Below, one piece after another: positions 51,964 through 64,000 of a stretch of 64,000 nucleotides of DNA. The notes beneath the pieces were generated by a model, which did not search any database, was not told the DNA's origin, and saw nothing but the letters and a program-made list of their open reading frames with translations. The DNA comes from Lepidodermella squamata (lineage: Eukaryota > Animalia > Gastrotricha): positions 1,612,001 through 1,676,000 of the forward strand of contig JBLDXI010000002.1 of NCBI GenBank assembly GCA_047495785.1, written 5' to 3'. The first letter of the stretch is position 1; every line of letters starts with the position of its first letter. Position numbers and translations under genes: made by a program.

Positions 51964-53142
51964 TTAAGCTGCAATATCAGCAAGAGATTCCTGACGACAA
52001 CAAACTCCAGGAAAATTATGAACAAAAAAATCGGCAATCCAAACAACGGCAATACCAGCAATGTAAAGCATTTGATAGTTCAATATCGGGCTACTCTGAG
52101 CTCGAATAGCGAAGAGCGAAATTACCATGCCGATGAAGGCGAAAATTTCAACGATGAAAAACGCCAGGGTGACCTTGACCTCATGCAGGTCTTTGTACCG
52201 CTTCGACAGCGGCAGAACTGTGAAGCAGACAACGGCATGCCATAGAAAAATCGGGAAGAAATGAATCATTTTAATAACAGTCATCGTATCCCGCCACTCG
52301 AGTTCCTTCGCATAGCCGTACGATGAGTAGATCATGAGCATTGCCAGGAAAATACAGTTGATCAGCGCCAATATGCAGTGGATCAATTTGATTGAAATCG
52401 AAATTTTTTCGCATTGCAGGCGAACAGATTTGTAAACACTGCCGCCATCTTTCAAGCAAATGAAGGTTGTAGGCTTGCGAAGATTAGCCGCCTGAGCTAC
52501 ATGGAAGACAAAGGTCAATACTGAGAATAATATCGCCCCTTTAAGCGACAGGCCAAATGGGATTTTCGGAGGTCGACCTTCAGGGAAAATGTAGCTGATA
52601 GCTTCAAGGCTATCGGCAGATTCCGCATTGTTCAGCTCGATATACACTAAAATCGCCCCGATTGCGATAAGCCACGCTGCTCCTATTGCGTAGAAAACGG
52701 CTATTCCAACGAATTCCATCGAGTTTTTGCACGAATCTTTCGTTGTCAGGCCGAATGTGAGGCAAATGTGGATTAGGATGATGATAAGTGGCGCTTGGAT
52801 CGGGAAAATCGCTTTATTGCAAGGTATCTTGCATTTACTAAGCGCATCTTCGACTGATTCCGAGGTAACCTCAATCAAGTAGGACTTTGATTTCTCAACC
52901 CGTTGGCTGCTGTTCAGGGGTCCATGAGACGTTTTTCCGGTGAAGTTGTTGTAAGAGCCATGGTTGACGTAGTAAAGGGCTGGTTCGAAATCGTATTCAC
53001 ATCGAGTGATGCAGGTTGATTTTTTAAGGTAGCCAAAAGCAGCCCAGAAAATTGTGATGAATAGCATAACACTGAGGAGACAATTGACCACCTTAAGCGC
53101 AATTGCCAGTCGGTCATTTCGAAACATTGATGAATCAGCCAT
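51964..53142 (-). CDS. Orphan multi-pass membrane protein (~8 TM), intronless
   Basis: 392-aa ORF with about 8 hydrophobic segments in two similar blocks. Confidence 0.7.
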   Translation of the reverse strand: MADSSMFRNDRLAIALKVVNCLLSVMLFITIFWAAFGYLKKSTCITRCEYDFEPALYYVNHGSYNNFTGKTSHGPLNSSQRVEKSKSYLIEVTSESVEDALSKCKIPCNKAIFPIQAPLIIILIHICLTFGLTTKDSCKNSMEFVGIAVFYAIGAAWLIAIGAILVYIELNNAESADSLEAISYIFPEGRPPKIPFGLSLKGAILFSVLTFVFHVAQAANLRKPTTFICLKDGGSVYKSVRLQCEKISISIKLIHCILALINCIFLAMLMIYSSYGYAKELEWRDTMTVIKMIHFFPIFLWHAVVCFTVLPLSKRYKDLHEVKVTLAFFIVEIFAFIGMVISLFAIRAQSSPILNYQMLYIAGIAVVWIADFFVHNFPGVCCRQESLADIAA

Positions 53143-53515
53143 ATCTCAATCCATAAACTATAATTCAAGAAAATTGAAGGCAGATATACAGTGATGCTGC
53201 GTGTTTTTTTGGAGAAAATGTGGTGCAATGCTTTTACGCTATGCAATATATTACTATATATGCCTCTGAGTACGCATCCTATATCGTAAATAGCTATCGG
53301 CTTCGTAGTACCGCGTATAGACCGCTTGTTTATGTACTGAGCGAGTAAAAAAGCGTGCGCGATCTATTTTTAGCGCAATATTTCTATTCATATATAGCCG
53401 CCATATCGTTGGAGTTTCGCTTCCGGGATTAAGGTGTCTCATGTTCAATAACAGAATTCGTACCAGCTCTTGTTTATTTTACCTCTTCAAATGATGCAAA
53501 AATGAGAAATTAATT

Positions 53516-55331
53516 TCATTGCTTTTTATACATCAAATCTGCTAAAACAGCTATGTGATCGCTTCCGAATACTTGATTAGGACAAGCTGTAAACTTGGCG
53601 ATTTCCTCTTCAACGTCATAAACTGGTAAATAACTGGTGACATCAAACTGCCCACACTCAGCAAAAACGTAATCAATCGGCCCGGCTAAGGTTGGTTTCC
53701 CATAGTTGGTATAAGAAAGTTCGCCTGAAGCCGGGAACATTTTAAACTCCGCCGCGAGAAGGTCGTCCAACCCAGGCACGTCTTCATACTTGCCCTCAGG
53801 ATGCGGGAAATATTCCCGGTAATTTCCGATGATTTTACCAGCTGTTAGGAAGCTCAAAGCCGCACTTCGAAGATCAGCGTTGAAGTCACCGCAAAACACA
53901 ACCTTGGCACATTTTCCATTGATTTGCCGCTTCATCCGTGAAATCAGCCGTGAACAAATCAGAATTTGAATCAGCCGAACGATAGGGGCAGACCATAGGT
54001 AGAAAAGATGGGTATTAGCCACTACCAGGTGTTGATGGGTGTTCTTATCAACTAAATGCAGAAATTGAACAACAGATGACCTGGTTAGGAAACTTTCGCG
54101 AAGCTGAGGTACCCCCATCAAACAATCGTTCAAATCCGCAAATTCAGGATCATTTTCGAGCACTGAACAAATTATTTTCTCCTCTACTGCGACCAGCTCG
54201 AAGCGATCACGCCGGTAGAAGGTTGCTACACCTTCATTCGTGCCATTTTTCAGTGACAAATGCCCGGTATAACCGTAAGATTGAAGCATAGGAAGGTAGT
54301 CGTCTTCGAAAATGTGTCGATCAACCTCTTGAAGGCACATTATATCAGCCTGGTAGCCGGGTAATTCTTTCAAAATCAGCATTTTTCGGTATTTGATAGT
54401 CAAAAATTCGAGCGGGCAGTGCGGGAAAACATCAGTGATGTAGTCAAGTCGGCTGGTGTAGCTATCCGCCAAAATGTTGTAGGATAGGACCCTCAGAACA
54501 TGACTGGAAATTAAATCATAAAAAAAATCGAAAAAATTCCGAAAAAATCACTAACTTTCTCTCTTTTTCAGGGTAATTCCGCAAATGTTTCCTCTGTCTC
54601 CGCTCGAAAGGGTACTCTTCAACGCCCATCACAACCGGCTCGGCAGACTGAGCAAAAAGCGGTTCACCCGAGATCATTTCCGAATTTTCCCGACGAATCG
54701 GGGTGCATTTTAACCTCAAAATTTTCCCAACATGCGAGACCGTCGGGGTGAAAGCGAAACCATCCGCAACTTTTTCCCATTCCTCCGCATTGTCCATCGA
54801 TACAAACCATTCGAATTTACTTTCCAACTGGTCTGCCGAGTCGAGTTTCAGTTTCAGCGGAACAGGCAAGTTCGATATCGGTTTCTCGAACATCTGCACC
54901 GACTTGACAGTTGGAGGATTGACAACTATTCGATAGCTAGTACTGCCGAATCTAAACTCTGTAGCTTTAGTCCACCCTATCAAATTAGTCACTGTTTTCG
55001 AGTCCAACTTCTCGCCGTTTTCGTACAACCCCAAATGATCGACCGATATTTCTAGAACCCCTTAAATATTATCAGAGTGAATGAATAAAATAGTGTTAAT
55101 ACCTTCTTGGGGAGGAGGTTTTCCTTTCACCTTAATCGCCGGCTTCGGTTTCTTCTCTAATTTAGCGGCCATTCTTTGAAAGGCCCAAATAACGAATTCA
55201 TCCTTGGCGCGATGGAAGCAAACGTCATTAGATTGGCCATTCAGAGATGCGATCGTCTTCAGAGTAATTTTAAGAAGATCTTCGTCCTCGACACACCTCA
55301 CGTGAGCTAGATTTCGCGTTGATGATTCCAT
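53516..55331 (-). CDS. PDE12: 2',5'-phosphodiesterase 12 (CCR4/EEP family), 3 exons
   Basis: SYNILAD, CLQEVD, ANTHL, CGDFN, IDYVF and GSDH motifs; PDE12-type N-terminal exons (VNPPTV, FTPT..HVGKILRLKCTP). Confidence 0.9.
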
Positions 55332-55495
55332 TGAAAATTATGATAGTTCAATTTCGAGATAAATAATAAATAACTAGGTATGATAAATATCTTGACCAGA
55401 AAATAAAATCTGATATAAAATGACTGGGATATATACCGCTCGATCATGATATTGCATCATTACAGCTGATAAGATAAAGAACAACAGCAGATTAC

Positions 55496-55569
55496 AACTT
55501 TTTTCCGAGAATTAAGGCCTGCGATCGCCCTTGCTTGCGATCGCAGGCCTTAATTCTCGGAAAAAAGTT
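55496..55569. repeat. Perfect 33-bp inverted repeat with an 8-nt loop
   Basis: AACTTTTTTCCGAGAATTAAGGCCTGCGATCGC-CCTTGCTT-GCGATCGCAGGCCTTAATTCTCGGAAAAAAGTT. Confidence 0.95.
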
Positions 55570-55889
55570 TTGCGTTTGAATAATTCGCACACCTGATGCA
55601 ATATTACGCGGGTGATTCATATTTAACAGCGCGTGATTCATAGTGCGTGACTCATTGTGGTATTTTTTTTACCCGAGCGAGCACAAGACACAAGATCGAC
55701 AACGCTCAACCGTCCCATAGCCAAAATATTACAAAAAATTGTATCAATAAAATCATTTTTTGGACGGTATTCTCCAAAAGCTGTGACCTTTTATTGAAAT
55801 CATCGTAAATTTGCATTTCTACTTTACCTATATTACCATCCGAATAACCGGCAGAAATGAGTGACCTTGTTGATACAGCGTTTCCCATG

Positions 55890-56072
55890 AGTAGCTCAAC
55901 TATTTTCTAATTTTTGAACTTTTTGCTGGAGATTCAACTAGGTCCATTGCGATTTGAACGATGTAAATGAATTTTACTGAAAAAAAAAGAAAATTTACCG
56001 TAGAAAACCCAGGAAACCCAGATGGTAACAGATTCGGTAATATTCGGAATTTTTTCCGGTTTGACCTAATTA
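55890..56072. repeat. Diverged dispersed repeat, copy 1
   Basis: AATTTACCG..AAACCC.GATGGTAAC.G.TT.GGTAAT.TTCGG...CCGGTT.GACC.AATT shared with 57410-57612. Confidence 0.7.
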
Positions 56073-57409
56073 CCCTTCTTAAGGAATTATTAATTTTCTA
56101 AGATTTTTTGGCCATGAAATGTGACTCCGCCTCTCATTTTAGACTTTCTGATCATTTTTTCCATTTATTTTCTTTGTTTGCGCTACTTATGGGACAGGTG
56201 TAAATATTTTTTGGCTAGGCTCCTGTTACATTTTAGTAAGAAATCAAATGAATTTTCGGAGTATTCACCCGGGAAGCACGGTTCGGTTATTCCTGTTTTT
56301 ATTCAAAATATACCCAGGTTTTCTCGTCACAATTTTTTTTCCAAATTTTCTGACCGTTGAAATGAGCAGAGCTATGAAGGTTTATTTTTTTTCTTTGTTC
56401 AAACTACGCAAAGAGTTGTTTTAGACGCGTGTGAGAAATAATGCTGCCATACCTGATACCTGTGTTTCGCCGTGAAATAACAACCTTAATAATTATTAGT
56501 CATTATTGTTTTTATGTAATTTACACCATTTAAACGCTCCAGCTTAACATAAGCGTACTCCGTGGACGGCCTGAAGAGAAAAGAGCAGCAGGAAGAGTGA
56601 TGATGATGATGATGATGACTAATGGTAGTTAGTGTCGTTGCCAAGTCGCTACCTCAACTTATATTGTCTCGCGTCCACGGCTGTGATAAGCGATCTTATA
56701 TAGCAACGAGTCTTTAAATTTTAATAAAATGACGCGTTTACAGATGATATCAGGTCATCATCGTTAATACAGATTTGCAGAGATAGTTTTATGCGAAAAG
56801 ACAGCGTGTTATAAGCTGCTGGTTATGCTTTTTCACTCTAGTACAACATGACAGTTATACGGCCGGATGCGCGTTGCCGCGGTCGCGGAAGTTTATCGCA
56901 GATTTACCTCGATGTTCCTGTCTCGCTGGCTAAGATCTTATTCACAAAGCTAATGTTCCGTAACTCATCATGTCGCGCGCTGCTTTGTTAACAACACAGT
57001 CACCTTGAATCTTTGCATCCGCAGTTCACTTTATATTGAAATGGGGACGCGGAACGATCTGATGAACCCACCTTCGAGTTCATAATACTAGTTTAATTAA
57101 CAGGTGTAAAAGATCGAAATCAGCCTGCATTCGGGTCTTCGTAGATCATTGATAACTCTGTGTTAAAGGACGCAGATTGTCGGATAAAATTAAGACAATA
57201 AATAGAGGAAACCCCCGCGAAATTATTATAAAATAGGAAAAATAAAGTGAAAAGTAAAATTTTCAAATGAGATTCGAAGTTTCCGATAATGAAAGATTTC
57301 TCAAAATTGGATGGATCAGCCTAAATTGAAAATAAAATAAAAATTTATGCCGGCTTGAAGTTCGTTGGAGATTCGTCTTTTTAAATCAAATTTGGAACAG
57401 CGTGTCCCA

Positions 57410-57722
57410 GAAGTTGCGCAAGTTTCTATTATTTTCAACATTTTGTTGGAAATTCAGCTTATTTTTTTTTAAATGAAACCTACCTTGAGAATGTTCCATC
57501 TTTTATCCACGATTTAACCGAAGAAATGAACAATTTACCGGAAAGAACCCGAAAAACCCCGATGGTAACCGGTTTGGTAATTTTCGGTATTTTACCCGGT
57601 TGGACCCAATTTCTCCGGACTGTTTTAATCCCATTAACAAGTGATTACTATTTATCGGGATTTTTCGATTCCTGGTTAGGTTAGGTTGGGGTTAGGGTAA
57701 GGGTTAGGGTTAGGTTAGGGTT
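57410..57722. repeat. Diverged dispersed repeat, copy 2, followed by a (TTAGG/TTAGGG)n tract
   Basis: Similarity to 55890-56072; GGTTAGGTTAGGTTGGGGTTAGGGTAAGGGTTAGGGTTAGGTTAGGGTT at ~57674-57722. Confidence 0.7.
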
Positions 57723-60194
57723 CGAATTGGGGACTTAAAATTTGGAGCTGATTGGAATAATTCGGTACAGAATTCAATGATATTTGGTAATGAGCTCACT
57801 ATACCCCTGTGAAGTTCTCAAAAGATTGCTAGGCGTTTTACTGGAAATCACGGAGAATTTTACGATCATTTATTTCGATTTTTTTAAATTAATCAAGAAA
57901 TTCCAGAAAATTGGGAAAATGCATTTTGGGCGAATTATTTACTCAAATTTGGGTTCCTTTTCCGGCCAAATTTGGTTCCGCAACAGGCTTTTTCGGTTCC
58001 GCTAAAAGTAAGACCCATTGATATTTTCAATGCCAATTTTACGCTTCGGTTGAATTTTCCCGCAAAAGGTTACTCTTTTTTTTAAGAAGCATTATTTATT
58101 TTAAGCTAGATTTTTTATTTTATTCACGAGTTTTTTTCGCGGTTTTATACCTTGAAGATATGATGTTATTTGTTTGATCATACCTTAACGCTAATAACAA
58201 CAGTATTATTACATTGGAAATCTTCGTGTTTAAATGTTTAATGAGCGCCTCGCGCTGCCGTGATGCGAGCCAAAAAAAAACTTAATCCTACTCGAAAAAG
58301 GCTGCTTCTAATCGGCCATGTGCCGTGTTGTGTGTTTTACGAGCCCAGGTATCATCGCCGAGTTAAGCGCGGCTTAGCCGACGCGGTCGTTGTTCAAAAA
58401 TTGAAGCTATTTATCACCCTGCTTTTGTGTTAATGACACGAATATGACAGCAATATAGACCATCAGACCTATGTAGCATATATATACAACAGGCCCGACA
58501 CATGTTATTTGGCGGCTAATGCCAACGTTGAACAAAAAGCTTGAACAAGATGATATATCACATATCTCACATGGTATACAAGAAAGCGCCCGCGTTAAGG
58601 CGGCTTTACTACATGTGTAATACATATATGTCGCTTGAACATCATGACCGCGTGTCGCTCGTTGCGCTAAGCTGCAAAAACAGCAGCCGCGCGACAGCTC
58701 ATCATTGTTTTGCTACTTCCATCCACCGTTGATGATGATAATAATATTATATCAATAAATTTTTCTAATGAGTTTTATTACACAATACGTGTTAACGATA
58801 CTGCCGTTTAATTGTTGACATCGCGACACGAGAGAAGCAGCCTAGCAGCAGTGTACTACAACCTATGAATAAAAATGTCATGTATATATGTTTTTTGAAT
58901 TCGTTCATTCACGGCGCATTCGAAAATTTATGCGACGGGGGCCATTTTGTAGGCATAGAAAGCGTTTATATTCGCTATTCACCTCCTTCTGTCAACTGTC
59001 AAATATACCGATGTAGTCAATTTCACTGTATCGTGATGATAATGATGATGATAATAACAAGTACATGTGTTTAAGGCGGGCATTTTGCGCGCTTCATTTG
59101 AGCGTGCGCCGTCGCATTTGACTTTTGAACAAATCAATGCGCGGCATTTATTTCAGTTCTCTCTCTCTCTCTCGCTCCCATTCACACGGTGTTATTTCGC
59201 GCGCGCGACAACAATTTTTGCACTTGTTATCGCGGTGGCCGGTCGTGACTTATCAAACGGTGGAAAATCACATCAACGGCGCAGACGGTTGAGAACGGCG
59301 AAGAATTATTACTTATTCGATGTTGATGATAATGATTTAATGAACTCGCGCGTTTGACAACTCGCGCAGGTAGTTGCGGAGTAAATCGTGTTGTAATATG
59401 CGCGTGAAAAATGTAATATACGCGCGCACATATGTCAAGTCACTTGGCTGCCGAGTCGCGACACCGGCAGATGATCAGCGACCACTTTCACGCACTTCTA
59501 CTCTCATATACTGCTGTGTAATAATTTGCGGTAATCGTTGGCGTTCATCTCGTAATACGTCTTCGTTTTCTGAAAAACGAGCAAGCGAGACTGTAATAAT
59601 TGCAATAAATTTTTCCGTGCGTTGCTCGGCCCGCTGTCACAGATAGCCATCGCGAGCAGACTCAACTGCGGCGGAAAACAATTGTAATAATCGCGGGTAA
59701 TTATTACCTGGCCCGCACTTGTCTCCTGTGCCTTGTTTAAACACACACCGCCTGCTCGGTGCTACCTATATACGGGTATCATGCCGTCGGTCGAGTGGCG
59801 TCGATGATGATGATGAAAATCGGCGGTCCGAAAAAGGAAATTTAAAACAGAAGCCGGTGTTTTGTGTTCATGCCGTGGTAGTGTAGCAAAGTGCGAGAAG
59901 TAGCAACCACCAGCAGCACCTTATTGTTGTTGTTATTGTTATTATATTACTCGATATTATATTATTACTCGGCGCCTATAAACTTTCTTCTGCTTCATTT
60001 CCTGAGCGCGCGCGATGATGATGAGATTAAACGCCGTTGCTGTGCAGCTGCTGTGTTTGGTTAGTTAAGTTATACCAGCAGTATCGATCTCGAGTCGAGG
60101 GGCGTCTGCTGCGTCTGTTTATGTTTGCGCGCGCACTTTCAATAGAGCTGCAATCATCCAGCTATTACCCGTGTACCAGTTAGCCGCTCGCGCG

Positions 60195-60260
60195 CACCAG
60201 CCAATCAGCGCCGCGCATCGCCCGGCCGCGCGCGCTCATTGGCCAGCCGCTTAAATTAAT
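60195..60260 (+). promoter_or_regulatory. Putative Irx proximal promoter: two opposed CCAAT boxes in a CpG-rich patch
   Basis: GCCAATCAGCG...GCTCATTGGC about 160-210 bp upstream of the Irx ATG. Confidence 0.45.
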
Positions 60261-60406
60261 ATCACTTAGCGCGCACACGCATACATATACACAAACAGTA
60301 ATAAGACTAATCACGACGATATGCTGGTGGCGAGCAGCTAATAAAACATTACTATTTCTCATTTCTCGGCAATTAGTTTTGGTTTAAACCAACAACACTT
60401 TCTATT

Positions 60407-62751
60407 ATGGCTTCGACCAGTGCCAAACTGGAACCGACAACCGGCCAGCAACAACCTGCTGGCGGTAAAATGGTAGCTATCTCCCCGACCCCGTCCCCTC
60501 AGTCGTCGTCAACTTCAGGCGCGTTAAATATTGTCGACTCGCCGTCCCCGAATGCTAAAAAACCGTGCTGTGAAGCGGCAGCCGCTGCTGGGCAACAAGT
60601 TTGCCCGACTTGTTACGTAACTGCCCTTCTCAGCGCCTTCAAAGGCCAGCAACAACAACAGCAACCAGTCGAAACTTCAAATAACCGAACAAGATCGATC
60701 TCACCTCAAAGGAATAACGGCAAGGAGATGCACAGTCCAGCTATTTCGACTTCATCGCAAAAGCCTGAAATTAAGGTGGGCTTTATTTTGAAACTTTCAA
60801 TATTTTTTAGTAATTTTTTTAATTTATTTAGGCTGCTTTTAATAATGGCGGGAATAATGCGGTAGAAATGTTGTCGATGTTACAACAAGCCTCGCCCCGC
60901 TGGGCCGCGGCGTTGAAAGAGCGCCTCGGTTCCGATGCGGTTCCGCCGCCGGTACCAGGAGGTGATGAAACCGCCGCCCTCATCGCCGCCGCTCAACACC
61001 ACCAGCAACAACAGCAACAACAGGCCGATTTATTCCTCGCGCAATTAGCCCATCAGCAGCAGCAGCAGCAGCAACAACACGCCATGGCGCCTGGGCTGCC
61101 GCCCGGGTTTAACCTGGACCACTTTCGGCAGATGATGGGCGGAAATATGGCGTTCTTCCCCGGCGGCGGACCACCGGGTGCCATGCCGCCCGGCGTCGTC
61201 GGTCAACTGTCACCCGGGCAAGCGCCGCCTGGGTTCGGCGTCCCGGATCCGGCCGTAGCCGCGGCTGTTCATCACCAATTCGCAAATCCCTACGGACCCT
61301 ACGGCGCCGCTTTCGATCTCAACGGGATGAGGCGGAAAAACGCGACCCGCGAGACTACGGCAGTGTTGAAACAATGGCTAGCCGAGCACAGGAAGAACCC
61401 GTACCCGACCAAGGGCGAGAAAATTATGCTAGCAATTATCAGTAAAATGACCCTGACCCAGGTTAGCACGTGGTTCGCGAATGCGAGGCGTCGTTTAAAG
61501 AAGGAGAATAAGGCGAACTGGCAGGGCGGCAATGGCGCCGGCGGTTCGAACGCCGGCGATTTAGATGACGTCGATTTCGGAGATGACGAAAACGGCGACG
61601 AGGAGATTCTCGACGATGACGCGGCTAACAATCAGGACGACGAGCAGCCGTCGATCGAGGACCACCACCGAAGCCAGGATGACGACAATTCTCGGCCTGA
61701 GCAGAGCCAAGATTCGAACCAGCCTAACAATCAACAGCAGCAGCAGCAACAGCAACAACACCAGGCGGCTAATTTGCTACAATTACAACAAGCAGCTCAA
61801 CTACTACAGCAGCAGGGTGCGAACAACGCCGATCCTGAGGCGAGTAAACGATTCGCGGCTCAGGTTGCGGCGATCCTACAACAGCAACAGCTAGCTGGCC
61901 AAATCAACGCGCAACAAAATGCTGCGAAAAATCCGTTTCAAAGTAATTTTTTTTACGAATTTAATTTTAATTTTAAATTAATTTAACTTATTTTAGATTA
62001 CGCTGCCATGTTACAGCTTCAACAACTTCAACAATCACGTCAGCAAGTTCCTCCGCCCCCGTCAGCCCCTGTTAATCCTTTAATTGCGCTACAACAAAAG
62101 CTGGATACAAGTTCCAGCGCTGGAACCGAGACCACGTCACCCGTGCCGCCTCAACAACCCGCGAAACCAGCCTCGGAGAATCAACCGAAAACCGCGCAGA
62201 AACGGCCTGGAATTTGGTCGATCGCCGCTGAAGTTTCGTCATCGACTTCATCGCCGGCCGAGGGTGGCGAAAACGCGAAACAAGCCCGGCTATCAGCCTC
62301 TCCGGAACATGTAGCGGCGCCAAAGGTTGAAAATCAGCAGCAGCAAGCGGTTATTGAGGCGATTTTAGCCTCGCAGCGCCTCGGTCAATTTCGCAATCCG
62401 AATGTTGTGCAACAGCATTTCGAGCAACAAAATCGAATGTTGGCCCTAGCAGCTCAGCAACAGCAGCAGGCTATTCCCCCTCAAAATAACGCCCAGTTGG
62501 AACAAATCGCGATTTTAAGGCGGCTCATGGAGCAACAACAACAGCAACAGCAGGCGAATCACGGCCAGGCTCAATTAGCAGCGGCCATGATGCTGGCGGC
62601 CGGCAATCCAAGTGCGTTTTTGGGCAACCTCGGCGGCCTTCAACCTCACCAGTTGGCCGGTTTAGCGCCACCCGGGCTGCTACCTGGCCACCATCACCTG
62701 TTCGCAGCCGCAGCCGCTGCCGCCTCGCAAAATAATCAAGCCCCTAATTGA
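60407..62751 (+). CDS. Irx: Iroquois-class TALE homeobox transcription factor, 3 exons, with poly-Q/poly-A tracts
   Basis: Homeodomain [58 protein letters not shown], acidic tract, IRO box KRPGIWSIA; introns 60776-60831 and 61943-61996 are phase-consistent. Confidence 0.97.
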
Positions 62752-64000
62752 TGTCATTTTTTTCGCTCTCTCGTTTATTTTTTTTCGGTGTGACCTTGAA
62801 AATTAGTATTTTATTTTATTTCATGACATTATTGCTTAGCTCACTTTTCCGGCAACTTTTGTCTCATCCGCTTCGTTGTGTAAAAAAAAAATGTAGCTTT
62901 GTTTTTATTAAGGTGGCTTTTTTCAGTTATTATTGTCGAGCGCGTAATTAATTATAGCGCCCTTTCGATTTTAATCAAAATTGTTGTTATATGATACCCA
63001 CTCTTCAATCAAAGCAGCTATATTACATATTATATGTTATAACGATTATTCGATTTTATTTATAAAAGAAAACAGCAACATTTAACAGAAATAAAATGTC
63101 GACAATTTTTGGTTTAAAAATGCGAGACTTTTGATGTTTATTATGCTATAGCTAAATACCGATGATTAACCGTGTTTAATCTACCTATATAACTATATGG
63201 CTTCGCCGGCAAACAGCTTGTATGTGGTTTTACAAGCTGTCAGTCACGACGCTTTTGCTTGAAAATAGATACATTAGTGGTGGCGGGCGCGTCTAATACG
63301 TACATTGCCGATGATGATGAGAAAGAAGGCTGGGCTGCGCGCCTGAAGAGCGTATCGCGTTGCCGTCTCGTGAAAATCATTGCAACTAAAAGCAGCTCTT
63401 CAAAACACTGATTATGATGATGCGCTATTGATATTATTTATACTAGCGTAATAATACATTATAAGGCGTATTATATCAAGTAAACGAGCAAATATACCTA
63501 CCTACTTGGATAAACTCAACGTAGCGCGCAAAAGTCAAAACACCAATAAAAGCCGAATAAAACAAGGGCGGAAACATAGGCGCGCGAGGTACTTTTACCT
63601 CAATTTAAGCACCAGGTAGGTAGGTAGGTAGATGGGGTACATAATATCGCAGAGATTATGATGAAAGAAAATGTTGTGTATTTATTTGCGTATATAACGA
63701 AAAACGCCGGCGATGACGGTTCCAAGACCAGACACGCGCCTCTCTTTTCCCCCCAGCAAGAAGTGGGCGCCTAACAGTTTGCACTCGAACAAAATCATCA
63801 TTAGCGGCTACAAATAAGACACCCGTCATCGGGCTCTCTACATTGCGCTAAACGTATGTAAACCAAGCGGAACCAAGTCAGGTAATTGGCGCCGTAAAAA
63901 TAGCCCGTTATAATTCTGTTTATCAAAGCACGGCTGCTGATTATCAGATGAAGTATACTTACCTAAATAGTCGCTGGTCTATGCCTCCCCTACCTCCCAT

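Noticed and set aside
57674-57722. True telomere or CRISPR-like array
   Set aside because: Short, degenerate and internal; no repeat-spacer structure anywhere in this eukaryotic window
55706-60362. Short ORFs upstream of Irx
   Set aside because: Low-complexity translations with no splice-consistent gene model

Overview
Eukaryotic (metazoan) genomic DNA from a very compact genome: genes are densely packed and most introns are AT-rich GT-AG introns of about 45-70 nt, so the ORF track shows exon fragments. Gene order: partial ankyrin-repeat gene; two tandem CD36/SCARB scavenger receptors (the second damaged or chimeric); a spliced Uma2/PD-(D/E)XK endonuclease-like gene; a truncated CR1/L2-type LINE; ECHS1; an SLC18B1-like MFS transporter whose single long intron holds a complete intronless hsp70 with its heat-shock-element array on the opposite strand; an ABCA transporter; a pancreatic-lipase-like gene; AK8; PIH1D1; a GPI-anchored Ly6/Quiver-like gene; RALBP1; DDX5/17; an orphan; DET1; an FBF1-like gene with a solo-LTR-like insert; an intronless ankyrin gene; an 8-TM orphan; PDE12; about 5 kb of non-coding DNA; and an Iroquois homeobox gene. 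Most notable: the Uma2-like nuclease gene, the nested hsp70, a hairpin-masked poison exon in the long DDX5 intron, a head-to-head pair of tRNA-like elements sharing an 80-bp tail, and a possible operon-like PIH1D1-Ly6 junction. Exon boundaries were read by eye and may be off by a few bases.
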